A stretch of DNA of 64,000 bases from Octopus vulgaris. Lineage: Eukaryota. The position numbers and the translations under genes were made by a program. Below, one piece after another: positions 12,861 to 26,461 of this stretch (its first letter is position 1; each line of letters opens with the position of its first letter). Below the pieces are notes generated by a model. It did not search any database. It saw only the letters and a program-made list of their open reading frames with translations, and was not told the origin of the DNA. The stretch is taken from positions 72,664,001 to 72,728,000 of the forward strand of contig OX597821.1 of assembly GCA_951406725.2 (NCBI GenBank), read 5' to 3'.

Positions 12861-14113
12861 TATTATTATTATTATTATTACTATTATTATTATTATTATT
12901 ATTAGCATTATAGAGAGGTGAAGAGGCACAAATAGTTGTGTGCCTGACTAAATACCTTGTAGTATTTACTCTCATCCCTATCAAGGGATGTAAGTGAATA
13001 CTCAATCCCGACATAATTGAATAATGTCAGATGAAATGCAAGGAATTTAGTCTGGCACTGTTTGAAAAGAAAACCTTCTCAAAGTAAGGTTTTGGCCTTC
13101 CTCCCAGTTTGGGGTTCATAAAACATGTACCAGTCATTGACTGAGGGACTGATTCAATTTACTGTACCCACCTGCCTCTATATTTGTACCCAGGTACCAA
13201 TGTCAGACACCACTATCACTGAGCACTGTTACCTGCCGTATTTATATTCTAATCATTGCCAAAAGTTATTTTAATTTCCATTTAATCTGTCTTCTTTTCT
13301 TTCTCTTCTTCCTTCGGTGGTGGTGGTGGCAGTGGTGGTGGTGGCGGTTGTGTGCATTGTGATACATACACAACCTCATTGAAGGCATCTTGAAATAGAA
13401 GGATGCTGGATGAAGATACAGTCTGCGTGGAAGTGCGCATCACTTGTATGGATGTGTGTAAACACATATTTGTGTATGTATTTATGTGGGAGGGTGCACG
13501 TGTGTGTGTGTGTGTAATGAAGAAGAGTAGATGTAAACGAATGAAAGTATACGAGTTTGTGTGTGTGATATTAAGTATGCGATGCAGTTGATTAAAAAGC
13601 ATGTGTTAATGTGGGTGTGCAGGAAGGTGCGTCTGTGTGCGTGTGTGTGTTGCGCATGTGAGTGAAGGGTAGGTTTCTAAACACTCCAGTTTATATCCGT
13701 TTGTGAGGGAAGATGAGGATAGAAATAGGCTTTGGTTTACAACAGACATAGAAACAGAATGAAATGTTAGAGAATGTGTGTGTGTGAGTGTGTGTGTGTG
13801 TGTGCAAGAGAAGAGAAAAGGAAAGGGTGAGAAAAGAGATGCGTATGGGGGAGAGAGACAGTGGAAGGAGAGAGAAACAGAGAGGAGGAGGGGGAGAATA
13901 AAAAGAGAAAATAATTATGGAAGAGTATTTCTTGAAATAAATATAAAGAATATTTAGAAGAAAAAGAGGAGAGACTTGGCCAGGAAAAAGGATGTAACAG
14001 GAAGTGGGGGAGGGATATATATATAAATGATTGCAGCGTAGAAGGTGTTTATAAGCCATTTAAGAAACACAAAAAAACCATTAGATTCAACATTTAAATT
14101 TAATTTAAAATTG

Positions 14114-14150
<37 letters not shown>

Positions 14151-14215
14151 TTTTTTTCTAGTTTCAGCTCAGAGCTGCGGCCATGCTGATGCATATATAT
14201 ATATATATATATAAA

Positions 14216-14577
14216 GGTGTAGGAGTGGCTGTGTGGTAAGTAGCTTGCTTACGAACCACATGGTTCCGGGTTCAGTCTCACCTTGGGCAAGTGTCTTCTA
14301 CTTTAGCCTCAGGCTGACCAAAGCCTTGTGAGTGGATTTGGTAGACGGAAACTGAAAGAAGCTCATCATGTATGTGTGTGTACCTGTTTGTCCCCCCAAC
14401 ATCACTTGACAACCATTGCTGGTGTATTTAGGTCCCCGTAACTTAGCGGTTCGGCAAAAGAGACCGATAGAATAAGTACTAGGCTTACAAAGAATAAGTC
14501 CTGGAGTCAATTTGCTTGACTAAAGGCAGTACTCCAGCATGGTCATAATCAAATGACTGAAACAAGTAAAAGAGTAA
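14216..14577 (+). mobile_element. SINE family A, near full length
   Basis: A box TGGCTGTGTGG, B box GGTTCAGTC, body ending AAACAAGTAAAAGAGT. More than 10 copies in the window. Confidence 0.85.
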
Positions 14578-14729
14578 AAATTATATATATATATAAATAA
14601 ATATATATATCATCATCGTTTAACATCCGTTTTCCATGCTGGCATGGGTTGGATGGTATATAAAAAATTACATATTTCGTTTTGGGATCTGGTTTGCAAG
14701 ATCCTTTATGTGAGATCGTGTGTTGAAGC

Positions 14730-14966
14730 ATATTCTATTTTGTCTGGGAAGAGCCATTCTTTTTTAGTGCCTTATAATTTAACACACTAACCGGTAAAAT
14801 TTCCACTTATTTCTTTTTTATTTTTCTCTCAACCATAATAAAAAGTTGCAAGACGCAACGAAAATTTTAGAAAATTAAAAAAGAAACAAGTGGAAATTTT
14901 AACAGTGAGTGTGTTAAATAATAAGGCACAAAAAGAAAATGACTTTCGCTAGACACAACAGTATAT
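14730..14966. repeat. Imperfect long inverted repeat (MITE-like), ~100-bp arms
   Basis: GTGCCTTATAATTTAACACACT..AAAATTTCCACTT pairs with AAGTGGAAATTTT..AGTGTGTTAAATAATAAGGCAC. Confidence 0.7.
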
Positions 14967-15005
14967 AAAATTATATATATATAAAATTATATAATTCTAT
15001 ATAAA

Positions 15006-15129
<124 letters not shown>

Positions 15130-15842
15130 AAGATAAAGAGAGAGAATTGATTTAAAGCAGTATCTTCTTTCCCATAAAAAAATATATAAATAACAATCCA
15201 ACAAAGCATCCAGATTGTTCTTTTTTTAATTGAATTACTGTGGAAATTTGATATATAAAAGTTATTTCATTTTAGAATTCCATTTATACACAATATGCAC
15301 AAAGCATCTCACCCTTAATTATATTCATGCTTCACTTATAATCCTTGGCAAGACTTTGTATTCAAACAACCAAAGCCTTTTGTCACTTCACAGGTGGGGA
15401 TTTCAGCCAATTCCCAGATTCCCATGAGGCATTACTTAAAACTAAATAACTTGTATCTCATTCAGGTGCTGAACGGCAATCAGCATGTCAAAGAATAGAC
15501 CCAGTGTTTACTCTGCGTGTCATAAAAGGGGACTAAAAGGAGCTGAGGTGGGATTTGCACTCTGACTTTGTAAAACCCTTACCAGCAACGACTACCCAAA
15601 ACAGACCCAGGAGTTGGAGGGTTGTCACTTGGGTGGTGCAAAGGTGTCAGATGCCAGGAGTAGGGAATCACCAACAAATTATGGATGCAGTGACATTTTG
15701 TTACAGCACATGCTACTACCACTACTACTACTGTTATTACTACTACTACCACCACCACCTATTTATGATACATACAATAAAAGTATAATTGGCTTGGTTT
15801 GTCAACCAAGGTCACTAGTTCGTATCCCATCACATATATTAG

Positions 15843-15845
<3 letters not shown>

Positions 15846-15878
<33 letters not shown>

Positions 15879-16060
15879 TTAGTGCTTGTTGTCCATGCTG
15901 ACATGAGTTGGACAGTTTGACCAGGGCTGGCAAGCTGGAAGGCTGCACCAGACCCCAGTCTGATTTGGTATGGTTTCTACAGCTGGATGCCCTTCCTAAC
16001 GCCAACTACTTTAATGGGTGCTTTTATGTGCCACAGCATGGATGCCATTTGTGTGACACT
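15846..16060 (-). mobile_element. RTE LINE 3'-tail copy
   Basis: (CAT)n followed by the reverse-complement tail. Confidence 0.8.
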
Positions 16061-16399
16061 GGTATTATGGTTAAGAGAACCTATTCTCAAATAGTCCACA
16101 ATCTCTCTCTAGTTGTGAGTAGATGCCACAGAGTAGGAGCACCTTACCACTGGAAGCAGTGGGAACATAGTCCAATTGACAAGTGTTCCATTAGCTTGCA
16201 GGTGGACTCTGACAAGCTAAAATCTTTAGAGGTTGTCTTGATAAATCATAAGACTCCCTTTTGAATAAATAACACACCAACATATGAATTTCTGAATTTG
16301 ATGGCATGAAACATGCATGTATTTATTAGATGTACCACGATTTCTGCAGAACATATTTAAGGGGGAGGGGATAAAAAAAAAGTTTTTAATGCAAGAAAA

Positions 16400-16738
16400 A
16401 TAAATATCAAATGGAAATTGCAGTTGTGATACCTGTGCCGGTGGCATGTAAAAAGCACTATCTGAACGTGGCCAATGCCAGCGCCACCTTGACTAGCTTT
16501 TGTGCCGGTGGCACGTAAAAAGCACCAACCGATTGCGGTCGCTGCCAGCCACCCCTGGCACGTAAAAAGCACCCACTACACTCACAGAGTGGTTGGCGTT
16601 AGGAAGGGCATCTAGCTGTAGAAACACTGCCAGATCAGATTGGAGCCTGGTGCAGGCTCCTGGCTTCCCAGACCCTGGTTGAACCGTCCAACCCATGCGA
16701 GCATGGAAAACGGACGTTAAACAATGATGATGATGATG
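16400..16738 (+). mobile_element. RTE LINE 3'-tail copy
   Basis: Conserved tail plus (GAT)n. Confidence 0.85.
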
Positions 16739-17582
16739 AAAGCTTACAGGAGCCCTAACTTCACATACATGACCTGAGGTGACTTTGGCCTTAAAAGAGT
16801 GCATTTTATATGCCATCAAATATGGTATTGAGTAACACAATATTTGCCCCATGAAAGTGTATATTTTATCTTTTGTGAAAACACACACACACACACACAC
16901 ACAACAGAACACCCTCCCTCAACAATCTACACATGCTTTATGAAATTATATGAGAGGGATGGGCTCCACCACGCTGAGTTGCTCTGAAAACATTATATAT
17001 GTCACCGAATATTTGGTTCACTGGTAACAAAGCTTTACTGTGGTCCATCCTGTACGTATTCCATGTGATTTTATTTTCAACTTAGAACACCTACGTTTGA
17101 TAAGAATCTTTTCAGTTGGTGAATGTAAACAGAACACAGATTCTTTGAGTGGTAGGACAGAAGTTGTTTAATGTTGAATGTTAAAAGAAACAGCAACTAA
17201 TAAATATACAGCTATCCAGTTAGATCTTTAAGTTTACAAGAAGCAGTTTTCTCCCCCACAAAACATTTCCCTTCTCAAAAAAATGTTTAAAAAGAAAACA
17301 AAAAAAACCCCATGATCATCCCAGGTCTCAAATGCACAGATGGGTCTCCCATAAGCTAATTTTCTCCTTGCTTTAATGCACTAAAAACATTTCCCTCCCC
17401 TAAATATGTGCTGTTGAAATTAGGGTGCATCTTCTGATATGCCTGTGTCTTTTATGCCATCAATTTTGGTAGTTTACACAAAGAACTAAATATCTTTCTG
17501 GAAGAGGAAACAGCCAACAAGAAGACTAAAATAAAACAAGAAAAAAAAAAAACAAGAAAAAAAAAAACAAGTAAACACCAGT

Positions 17583-17810
17583 TTAACCCTTTAGAATTGA
17601 GATTTCTCTGTCAAATGTAATGCTTATTTATTCCTTGTTTCGAATTAATCCTGGATTATTTTATAGCTTTGAGATTTTGGTGATGTGAATGTTTATGTTT
17701 AGAATGACATTGTAGGCTGAAAATGAGAAGCTGGATCTAGCCAGTATGAACACGAAACAGGTAGAATATTAGGGCCTGATATGGGTGGCTTAAAATGATA
17801 CAGAGTTAAA
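17583..17810. mobile_element. TTAA-flanked MITE, second (older) family
   Basis: TTAACCCTTTAG..GAGTTAA. Homologous to ~49539-49747, ~6067-6290 (reverse) and ~52445-52640. Confidence 0.55.
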
Positions 17811-18607
17811 GAATACTTGAAAAGCAACATAAAAAAGAAAGAAAAATGGCAACAACCCCAGATTACACAATAAACAAGGTTAACTGCCTTTTAACAAAGG
17901 TGATACAGTTTTTGTAAATCTTGGGAGGAAATCCATTTATTTTGTTTATAAAGCTTTCTTTATATTCAGAATCTTGTAAGAATAATACTACAATTGTATC
18001 CACACCTGGTTTCAATAGACATAACAATGGAATTTTTATTAAACTTAGAATTTTCAAAACAAAACAAGAATAAATGAATTGTTGAAATTCACAGAATGAA
18101 TTATTATAATAAGATTGTTTTATCTTTTAGTAATTTTAGTCACTGGAATATGGCCATGCTGGGGCACCACCTTGAAGGGTTTTAGTCAAACAACCAGTAC
18201 TTTTTTTTTCAAAAGTTTGGTACTTATTCTATCAGGTTCTTTTGTTGAACTGCTAAGTTGCAGGAATATAAACTAAGCAACACTACTGTCAAGTGGAGAG
18301 ACAAATATAAACACACACACAATTCACTCAGAGGGCATTGGTCAGTCTGAGGCTGAAGTGGAAAACACATGTCTAAAGTGCTACCCTGTGGACTCCCTAA
18401 CCCCATGGCCATCCCTCCACCTGAATAATGTAGAAACCACAGTAAAATCCGTCATCAACAAGAAAATCCCTGTTGACTAAATTTTCATGAGAAATCATCA
18501 ATAATTTGCTTTCATCAGACAAAAAAAAAAAGTCTTCAAAATCTGTTTTCCACAAAATCAGGATTTGGGAAAAATATGCTGGAAATGAAGTTTGAAACCC
18601 AATGACC

Positions 18608-18836
18608 TTAAGCCTTTCGTTACCAACCCGACTGAAACCAGCTCAGGCTTTGAATACAAACGTCTTGTTTTCATAAGTTTTGAATTAAAATCTTCCACCA
18701 AACCTTAGTCACAATTTATGTTCCTACCACAAGCTGAATGATAACAAATTAATTTCACGAAATTCTTTGTTATATTTAAAGTAATTGGAAGAACACACAG
18801 AGTATCTCAAAAGAAATACAGTAACGAAAGGGTTAA
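18608..18836. mobile_element. piggyBac-type MITE
   Basis: TTAA duplication; TIR CCTTTCGTTAC/GTAACGAAAGG; ~225 bp. Confidence 0.85.
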
Positions 18837-19016
18837 TAGTGGCCTCAGAAATGATGATTATTCTCAACTCGTTGGGAAAACTGGAAAACCCAGGGGTGAT
18901 AAATTTTCAGTTTCAGAGTTAATTGTGACAAACCATATTAGAAAGGATTAAATAAAGTACATATTCCTCTTTAGCATTTAATAATAATAATAATAATAAT
19001 AACAACAATAATAAAA

Positions 19017-19436
19017 ATGCGACCATGGGATAGGAAATAGGAAATCAGATATAGTGTTAATTGAGAAATAAAACAGACTACACTGGATCACAGATATAGC
19101 ATGCCCAACTGACAACAAGGTATGCGATAAGGAAGAAAGAAAAGTCGATAGGTAAAACAGGTTAGCTTGGGAGGTAAAGCAGTTGTGGTCGATGAAAAAG
19201 GTAGCAGTAGTACCAATAATTGTTGGAGCCCTGGGAACAGTGAGCAAAAATCTCGAGAAGTATGTGGAACAAATAAGGGCTGCAATAAGAGTGGAGTACT
19301 TGCTGAAAACAGCACAGCTTGGAATGGCCTGAATACTCCAGAAGGTGCTTGAAAAATAAGAGGTGTTACCTTAGTTCACTGGTAGTGAACAGCAGACACC
19401 ACAGTACATCTCCAGCATTAGAAGCTGTGCAAAGGT
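19017..19436 (+). mobile_element. R4/Dong-like RLE retrotransposon 3' fragment with stop codons
   Basis: RKSDIVLIEK..DIACP..LAWEVKQLWSMKKVAVVPIIVGALGTV, an RLE domain. Embedded in (AAT)n. Confidence 0.8.
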
Positions 19437-19474
19437 AGTTGTAGTAGTAAAAATAATAATAATAATAATAATAA

Positions 19475-20035
19475 ATGCCCTGATGCAGTACCAAGCAGTG
19501 GCTCTCATGGCTTCTGATCTTAACTGATTGGAAGTGTTATCATGCACATTGTTTTGTCTTGGTATAAAAGATGGGCTACAGCAAATATTCTGCTCAATAC
19601 CACAGATTTGCTTGTCAGTTGTTTGACCTTAACCAGATGAGCATGTCCCTTAGAGGCTGATAATATGTGCATCTCTGATCACAAACAGAAGTTGTGGGGG
19701 AGCATCATAGCCATGTGTTGAGAGGAATTCTTTGGGGTTTGGATAATTCACCTCTGGAAACATAGGTATTACATTCAACATCCTTAAACAACCCTTATTC
19801 AGGGACCTTTTGCACGGGATGGGTTACTTGACCGGAAGAAAATTCTAACTGGGCCCCACCTGCAAGGTCATATGCAGTTTATCTTGATACGAGATCACCA
19901 TGTCGCGCACACACGGTTGTGATGCATTTGCCTGATGTACCCCTATCAGACGGGTAGTCATGATGGGTATACTGGGCTTCGTATATTTTACCCCCCATGT
20001 CACTTTGATGGTATGCACTGCTCTCTCACTCAATA
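19475..20035 (+). mobile_element. Unclassified (AAT)n-associated interspersed repeat
   Basis: A near-identical reverse copy of its first ~400 bp lies at 26061-26461. Both start next to (AAT)n. Confidence 0.75.
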
Positions 20036-20585
20036 ATAATAGTAATAATAATGATTGATGATAATGATGATAATAACAACAACAACAATAATAGTAATAG
20101 TAGTAGTAGTAATAAGATGAGTTAATGCATTCATGACAGAACAGGGAAATAGATTGAAATGGTTATTAAACTGATGACGATGCTAATTATCTGGAGCTGG
20201 AGAACAATATATTGTTTAGTCAATTTAACTAAGTACTAAATTAATCTTATTTACTTAATTACATCAGCCAAGCCATTAACCAAAGCATATTTGTATGATG
20301 AATGAATGCATATGTGATGTGTGTATCTATATATATATTAACGAGTATTCATTGAGAGCATATTCACACATTTTGAAAAAGTAAAATACACATACACACA
20401 AAAAAAGTCAATAATTAGTTCCTGTGTAATTAATTGTATGTCAGAGCCAGAGTCTCCTAACCTATGATTAAGTCATTAAGTCTTAAGGAATGGCCACTGA
20501 AGACTGTCTCCATGTATCATACTTTGTGAACTCCATTCCTTCTTAGTGCTATCCATATTCGTTGGAACCAACAAAACACTTGGTA

Positions 20586-20963
20586 TTTACATTATTTACA
20601 TTTGACGGATATTTGTCCTCATCTTATTTGTTGCTAACATAACGTTTCAGCTGATATACCCTCCAGGTGTCTTGGGGAAATTTCGAACCTCGGTTCTCAT
20701 TCCTAAGGTATTTTTCGATGTTATTATTATTATTATTATTATTCAGGTCACTGCCTGGAATTGAACTTGGAATCTTGGGGTTAGTAGCCCGCGCTCTTAA
20801 CCACTATGCTATATGCCCATGGGCATATTTCCCCAAGACACCTGATGGAAGCTGGAGGGTATATCAGCCAAAACGTTGTGTTAACAACAAACAAGATGAG
20901 GACAACTATCCGTTAAATGTAAATAATGTACATAATTCCTCACCTCTTAAATATAGAACTGTA
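20586..20963. mobile_element. Third inverted pair of the tRNA/hammerhead element, with a complete tRNA-like head
   Basis: Minus strand 20820-20741 has A box TAGCATAGTGG and B box GTTCAATTCC, then (AAT)n and the Penelope-like tail. Probable duplication AAAACAC(T/C)TGGTA at 20573-20585 and 21191-21203. Confidence 0.75.
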
Positions 20964-21192
20964 TTAACCCTTTCGTTACCAACCCGGCCGAAACTGCCTC
21001 TGGCTCTGAGTAACAAATATCTTGTTTTCATAAGTTTTGAATTAAAATCTTCCACCAAACCTTAGTCACAATTTATGTTCCTAACACTAGCTGAATGATA
21101 ACTAAGTTATTTTACTAAATTCTTTGTTATATTTAAATTAATTGAAAGAAACACAGAACATCTCAAAATAAATACAGTAACGAAAGGGTTAA
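20964..21192. mobile_element. piggyBac-type MITE
   Basis: TTAA-CCCTTTCGTTAC...GTAACGAAAGGG-TTAA. Confidence 0.9.
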
Positions 21193-21310
21193 AACACCTG
21201 GTAATTTTAAAAATGAGGTGCCACACCTTACAAGCAGTTGGAACCAACAAGACAATATATGCCTGATACTATATAAAGCTACATTCCAAATAAATATTTT
21301 ATTAACTTAC

Positions 21311-21371
21311 CTGAGATAGTAGGGGATGCGATTGGAAGTTTCCATCTTTTCCCAGCCATTTGTCATTCGTT
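21311..21371 (-). CDS. Dystrophin-family gene exon, N-terminal half of the WW domain xRMTNGWEKMETSNRIPYYL(S)
   Basis: 61-nt exon with acceptor tttttattccttcctgttacag and donor CAG|gtaagt. W..PYY pattern as in dystrophin SVQGPWERAISPNKVPYYIN. Phase 1 to 2. Length equals human DMD exon 62 as I recall it. Confidence 0.88.
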
Positions 21372-21676
21372 CTGTAACAGGAAGGAATAAAAACAAGGAT
21401 AGTTTGAAATATAATAGCAGAAGAATACAGATTCTTTCCTAAATTATAAAAATTCTCTACAAAGGAAACCGGGGAAAGAAGGTAATATTCCGATTGAGGT
21501 AAAGCTTGAAACATGAAAGAATTCCGATTCTTTTTTTGGGAAAGAAAGAAACGAAATGAAAGAGAAAGCTTTCAGCACATGTCACTTGGCTGTAAATTAT
21601 AGTTCTATCAAAAGGGTAATTGGTACTGCAAGCTGAAGTCTTTCTTGTAATTATACCATGTACTCCTCCTTGTCAT

Positions 21677-21858
21677 CAGCATCATCATCATCATCATCAT
21701 CATTGTTTAACATCCATTTTCCATGCTGGCATAGGTTGGACAGTTTGACTGAGATCTGGAGAGCCAGCAGCTGCACTAGGCCCCAATCTGATCTGGCAGT
21801 GTTTCTACAGTAGGATGCCCTTCCTAACGCCAACCACTCCAAGAGTGCAGTGGGTGCT
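21677..21858 (-). mobile_element. RTE LINE 3'-tail copy
   Basis: (CAT)n plus reverse tail. Confidence 0.8.
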
Positions 21859-21966
21859 GATATTTATTAAATTTTGGGAAGGCTATCTATCCTATGATGA
21901 TGACATAGTGTTATATAGAAAATCCACTCTGACACCAACATTAAAAAAAAAGGGGAAAATTATATG

Positions 21967-22278
21967 GATAAGTAAATAATTTATTCTCAGACACAGAATA
22001 ATGCTGACAGAACAGCAAGAACAGGATTAAATATCCAATATTTTGTGGAAAAATATGTCAGCAGTCATCCATGAGACTCAAGCTCACATCTCTGTGATTA
22101 CCAGTCAAGTACTTTACCATTAAGCTAAACTGTCCACTGATAAATTAATCCAAAATTTGTGAATTCGAGTCTTATGGCTGGCCCCTGACCAATTTTTCTG
22201 CAAAATATGGATATTTTATCCTGTTCCTGCTGTCCTGTCAGCATTATCCTGCGTTTGAGAATAAATTATTTCCTTATC
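21967..22278. mobile_element. Inverted-repeat element with ~120-bp arms enclosing a tRNA-like head
   Basis: GATAAG..TTATTCTCA..AATGCTGACAG..AACAGGAT pairs with ATCCTGTT..CTGTCAGCATT..TGAGAATAA..CTTATC. Minus strand 22136-22069 reads GGACAGTTTAGCTTAATGGTAAAGTAC.., which is tRNA-like. Confidence 0.7.
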
Positions 22279-22596
22279 TTTCAATACATCTCAGCGCTTC
22301 TAAAAGCAAACTTTGTTTACATTTATTAAAAACTTTATACGAGTATATATATATATTGCACCTAGAAAGTTACCCTCCGAGGCACAAGTCTTGCTTCAAC
22401 ATCCTCAGGACACAACCACCAAGAGTCTCAACGAGATCCAATAATTGCTATTGGAGAAAAAGATGGCACTGTTTGCTTTATTATCGAAAGGAGTCGGGGG
22501 AGTGATAAGTTTAATTTAAAGACTACAAACGATTCTGAAAGAAAACCCAAACAGATAAACTATTAATCTGTGAATAAAAGGTGGAAAACAATAATG

Positions 22597-22812
22597 TCAT
22601 CATCATCATGGATTAATGTTCGTTTTCCATGCTGGCATGGGTTGGACGGTTTGACTGAGGGCTGGAGAGCCAGCAGCTGCATCAGGCTCCAATCTGATCT
22701 GGCAGAGTTTCTACAGCTGGATGCCCTTCCTAATGCCAACCACTCTGAGAGTGCAGTGGGCGCTTTTTATGTGCCACGGGCACATGATCCAGTCAGGGGG
22801 TACTGGCATCGG
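22597..22812 (-). mobile_element. RTE LINE 3'-tail copy
   Basis: Reverse tail. Confidence 0.8.
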
Positions 22813-24775
22813 TCAGGGGGCACCAGCCCCAGCTATGAAATATTTTGGTTTGAATGAGTCTGAATGAAAGTTAAAATAAAATAAAAAGAACACAAGATAA
22901 ATAATATAATAAAATATAAAGAAGACAATGTTGGTCTAAAATTTAAAATAGGTTTTCCATGTGAATGGTGACACAGGTTGGGGTAAAACCTTCCACTAAC
23001 AATACATTTTATAATAATCGAGGAGGCTAAACACCAGACATTAAGAAAAAAGTTTACAGATGGAAAAGTTCAGTAAGACAATATATGGAAGTAAGCTGTT
23101 CCAGCAGCACCGAAAACAATTTACAGAGATTAACTGTGAGAAGAAAAAAAAAAACGGAGCTTCTATGCAAGTGGCAGCAAAGTGTTCTTTAAATATCCCA
23201 CTCTGCATGGTTTACAAGAAGAAAAAAAAAAAGGAAAAGAGGAAAAAAATGGAATGACATATGGTCAATCATAGCTTAGATACTAACTTAGGGTTAAACA
23301 AATAACATGTTAAGTGAGTAGGAGCATTGTGCAATACTATTTAGATGGATACATAGAGAGAGGGAGGGAGAGAGAGAGAGTGGGGAAAAGAGAGGGAGAG
23401 AGAGATTTGATGTAGAGCAGGTATCCTCTACTCAATGGTAAACTGGTGAATTTACAAAAGATAGAATACATTCCACTACTCAAATAATTTCTCAGAGCCA
23501 TTTTATGCCAACAGAACTGACAACATAAAAATAAGACACTGAATGAAGACAGGTTATGTGCCTCATTGTAAAGACATTTCAGAGCATTGTTACATAGTTG
23601 TTCTTGTCACATAGTTGTTCTGTGGATTTAAATTAGTTACATCAAACTAGATGCACCTAGAATTGAACTTGCGACTAGTAATTACACTACTACACTTGTG
23701 TATTTGTATCTATGATACATTGAATATATTGTGTGAATACGAAAGGGACAGAGAATATGAAGTAATTAGCATATGTCAATTAGATTTGGAAGTTTTATAA
23801 GGATTCTCAATTCAACCTTACGATGTAGAATAACATTAGCAACTAAACTGGTAGGAACTGATGCTTCCATAAAGTTGTGATCTACAATCACGTAGACGTG
23901 TGCATGCTTGTGTGTGTGTGCGTGCGTGTGTGTGTGCGTGCGTGTGTGTGTGTGCGTGCGTGAGTGGTAGGTCTACACTGGAAGTACAAGCCCAGACATA
24001 TTCAATTTCATCTAAATGTCAAACTGTTGAAATGGTGCAGCCAACATTTGGATGATTTAGTGAAGAAGAATGGACTCATTCCACCAGAAAGAATCTTCAA
24101 GTTAAAAGAGAGAGGGAGAGAAAATTAAGCACAAATGCTACAACATTTACCATTTTAATCTTCTTAAATAAGTGAGTATTTTCTTAAATTAAATGCCAAG
24201 GCAAATGTAAAAAGTGTAATATTAGATAAAAAAAAAAAGCTTTTTTTTTTTTGGAGATCTGGCAATGGTTTGCCAAAATCTCATAAACCAAGAATAAATC
24301 AATGAACTTATGGCAAAATTACTTCACTGGGGATTCTATACAGTCACCGATTTATAGATTTTATTAAATTTTAAAATGAAAACCCCTCAATAGATTGGGA
24401 TTTTCTCTTTGAAATGAAATGTTTATCAATAAACTAACATCTGTTCAATATAGTTTAATCTATTTACTACAATTGATAAAATTGGTCTTCATTAAAAACA
24501 AAAAAAATGTTGATTGAGAGAAACTTAGACACTTGTCCTTTTCTGTTTCTTATGTTTATCAAAGGAATAAAAACTCCTCAGTATGTGTGTGTGTGTAGCG
24601 AGGGTATGAGAGGTATTGGTATCTAGAAGACCCAAAGAATGGCAGGTAATGCTAGGTAAGTACTATGGACAGGCCGTAGTTAAACTCTTGGTTCGATAGT
24701 GAGACGAGTGGGGAGTCTAATGTGGGTCTTGTATTTGCATGCATTAGCCTTGGCTTTGTTATCTCATTTTGTCTA

Positions 24776-24818
<43 letters not shown>

Positions 24819-24824
24819 ATCTCT

Positions 24825-25261
24825 GGAGATATGCTGTGACTGAGAAAACCCAGCAAACAAAGTGAGTTCACAGCTGTAACTTACACCAGTGTCACATAAC
24901 CAGCCCCAGCTCACTCAAAATACCTTGGATCGTAGGGTTACATGCCGTGCTTGAGGAGACCTATCGAGTGAAATACATCAAAACCAAAATCAAATGGAAA
25001 TTGTAATTGCGATCCCCGAGCTGGTGGCACGTAAAAAGCACCAACTAATCGTGGTCGTTGCCAGTCCCCCTCTGGCTCCTGTGCCTGTAGCATGTAAAAA
25101 TCACCCACTACACTCTCTGAGTGGTTGGCATTAGGAAGGACGTCCAGCTGTAGAAACACTGCCAGATCAGACTGGAGCCTGATGCAGCCTCCTGGCTTCC
25201 CAAACCCCAGTCAAACCATCCAACCCATGCCAGCATGGAAAACGAACATTAAACAATGATG

Positions 25262-25263
<2 letters not shown>
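24825..25263 (+). mobile_element. RTE LINE 3'-tail copy
   Basis: Conserved tail plus GATGAT. Confidence 0.8.
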
Positions 25264-25292
<29 letters not shown>

Positions 25293-26060
25293 CATATATA
25301 TATTTATATGTATGTATATATATCTGACAGGATAAGCATCTGGCTGCAGACAAAAATCAACCTCAATAAACTCTATTTAACCTCTGTGAAAGTGAAAAGT
25401 GGACGATGATGATGATGATGATGATATATAAAATAAAAATGGAACATTTCATAACCACTCTTAATTCTCATTGTACTTTCTAACCTGTTGTATTTTATTA
25501 CACAACTTGAAACTTTCTACAAATCAACCCATTTTCTCTTTCTACGGCTCACTGATTATTTACAAACGGTTAGTTTCTTATAAAGTCTATGAATGGAAAA
25601 AGAGTTTCTTTATGAAACATGTGAATGCAGCAGATTTACTAATTACGACACACCCACAGAAAGTCACAAGACAGGAAAGGTGTAGTTACAAAACTAGTTA
25701 CAACCGCAGCAACTGGTTGCCTCAAGCATTTAATTGATAATGAGCTTTTAGTAAGTACTTATTCCATTAGTTAGTAACATAGTTACTACTGGGCATAAGT
25801 AGGTCTTGAAAACACTAGCCAAATAGGAAGCTAATAAAGTAATAATTGCTGGCAATTTTTTCTTTCCCTTTTTTTTTTTTTATTAAAGAAGAAAAAGGAT
25901 CGTACATATTTCATATTTCAAACAGATTTAATATAAATATGAAACTAGATGCTCACACACAAACACATTGTGCAAATTCATTTGTTATTCATTCGTAAAT
26001 TTTACATGAATTAGTGATATGAGCTTGGTAGCCTAGAAGCTTTAACCCTTTCGTTACCAA

Positions 26061-26461
26061 CAACACATGACTTTGCAGGTGAGACCCAGTTAGAATTTTC
26101 TTCAGGTCGAGTAACCCATCCTGCGCAAAAGGTCCCTGAATAAAGGTTGTTTAAGGATGTTGAACTAAACACCAATGTTTCCAGAGGTGAATTATCCAAA
26201 CTCCAAAGAATTCCTTTCAACACATGGCTATGATGCTCCCCCACTGCTTCTACTCGTGATCAGAGATGCCCATATCGTCAGCCACTAAGGGCCATGCTCA
26301 ACTGGTTAAGGTCAAACAACTGATAGGCAAATCTGTGGTATTGAGCAGAATATTTGCTGTAGCCCATCTTTTATACCAAGACAAAACAATGTACATGATA
26401 ACACTTCCAATCAGTTAAAATCAAAAGCCATGAGAGCCACTGCCTGGTACTGCATCAGGGC
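26061..26461 (-). mobile_element. Copy of the 19475-20035 repeat
   Basis: Reverse-complement match. Confidence 0.75.
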
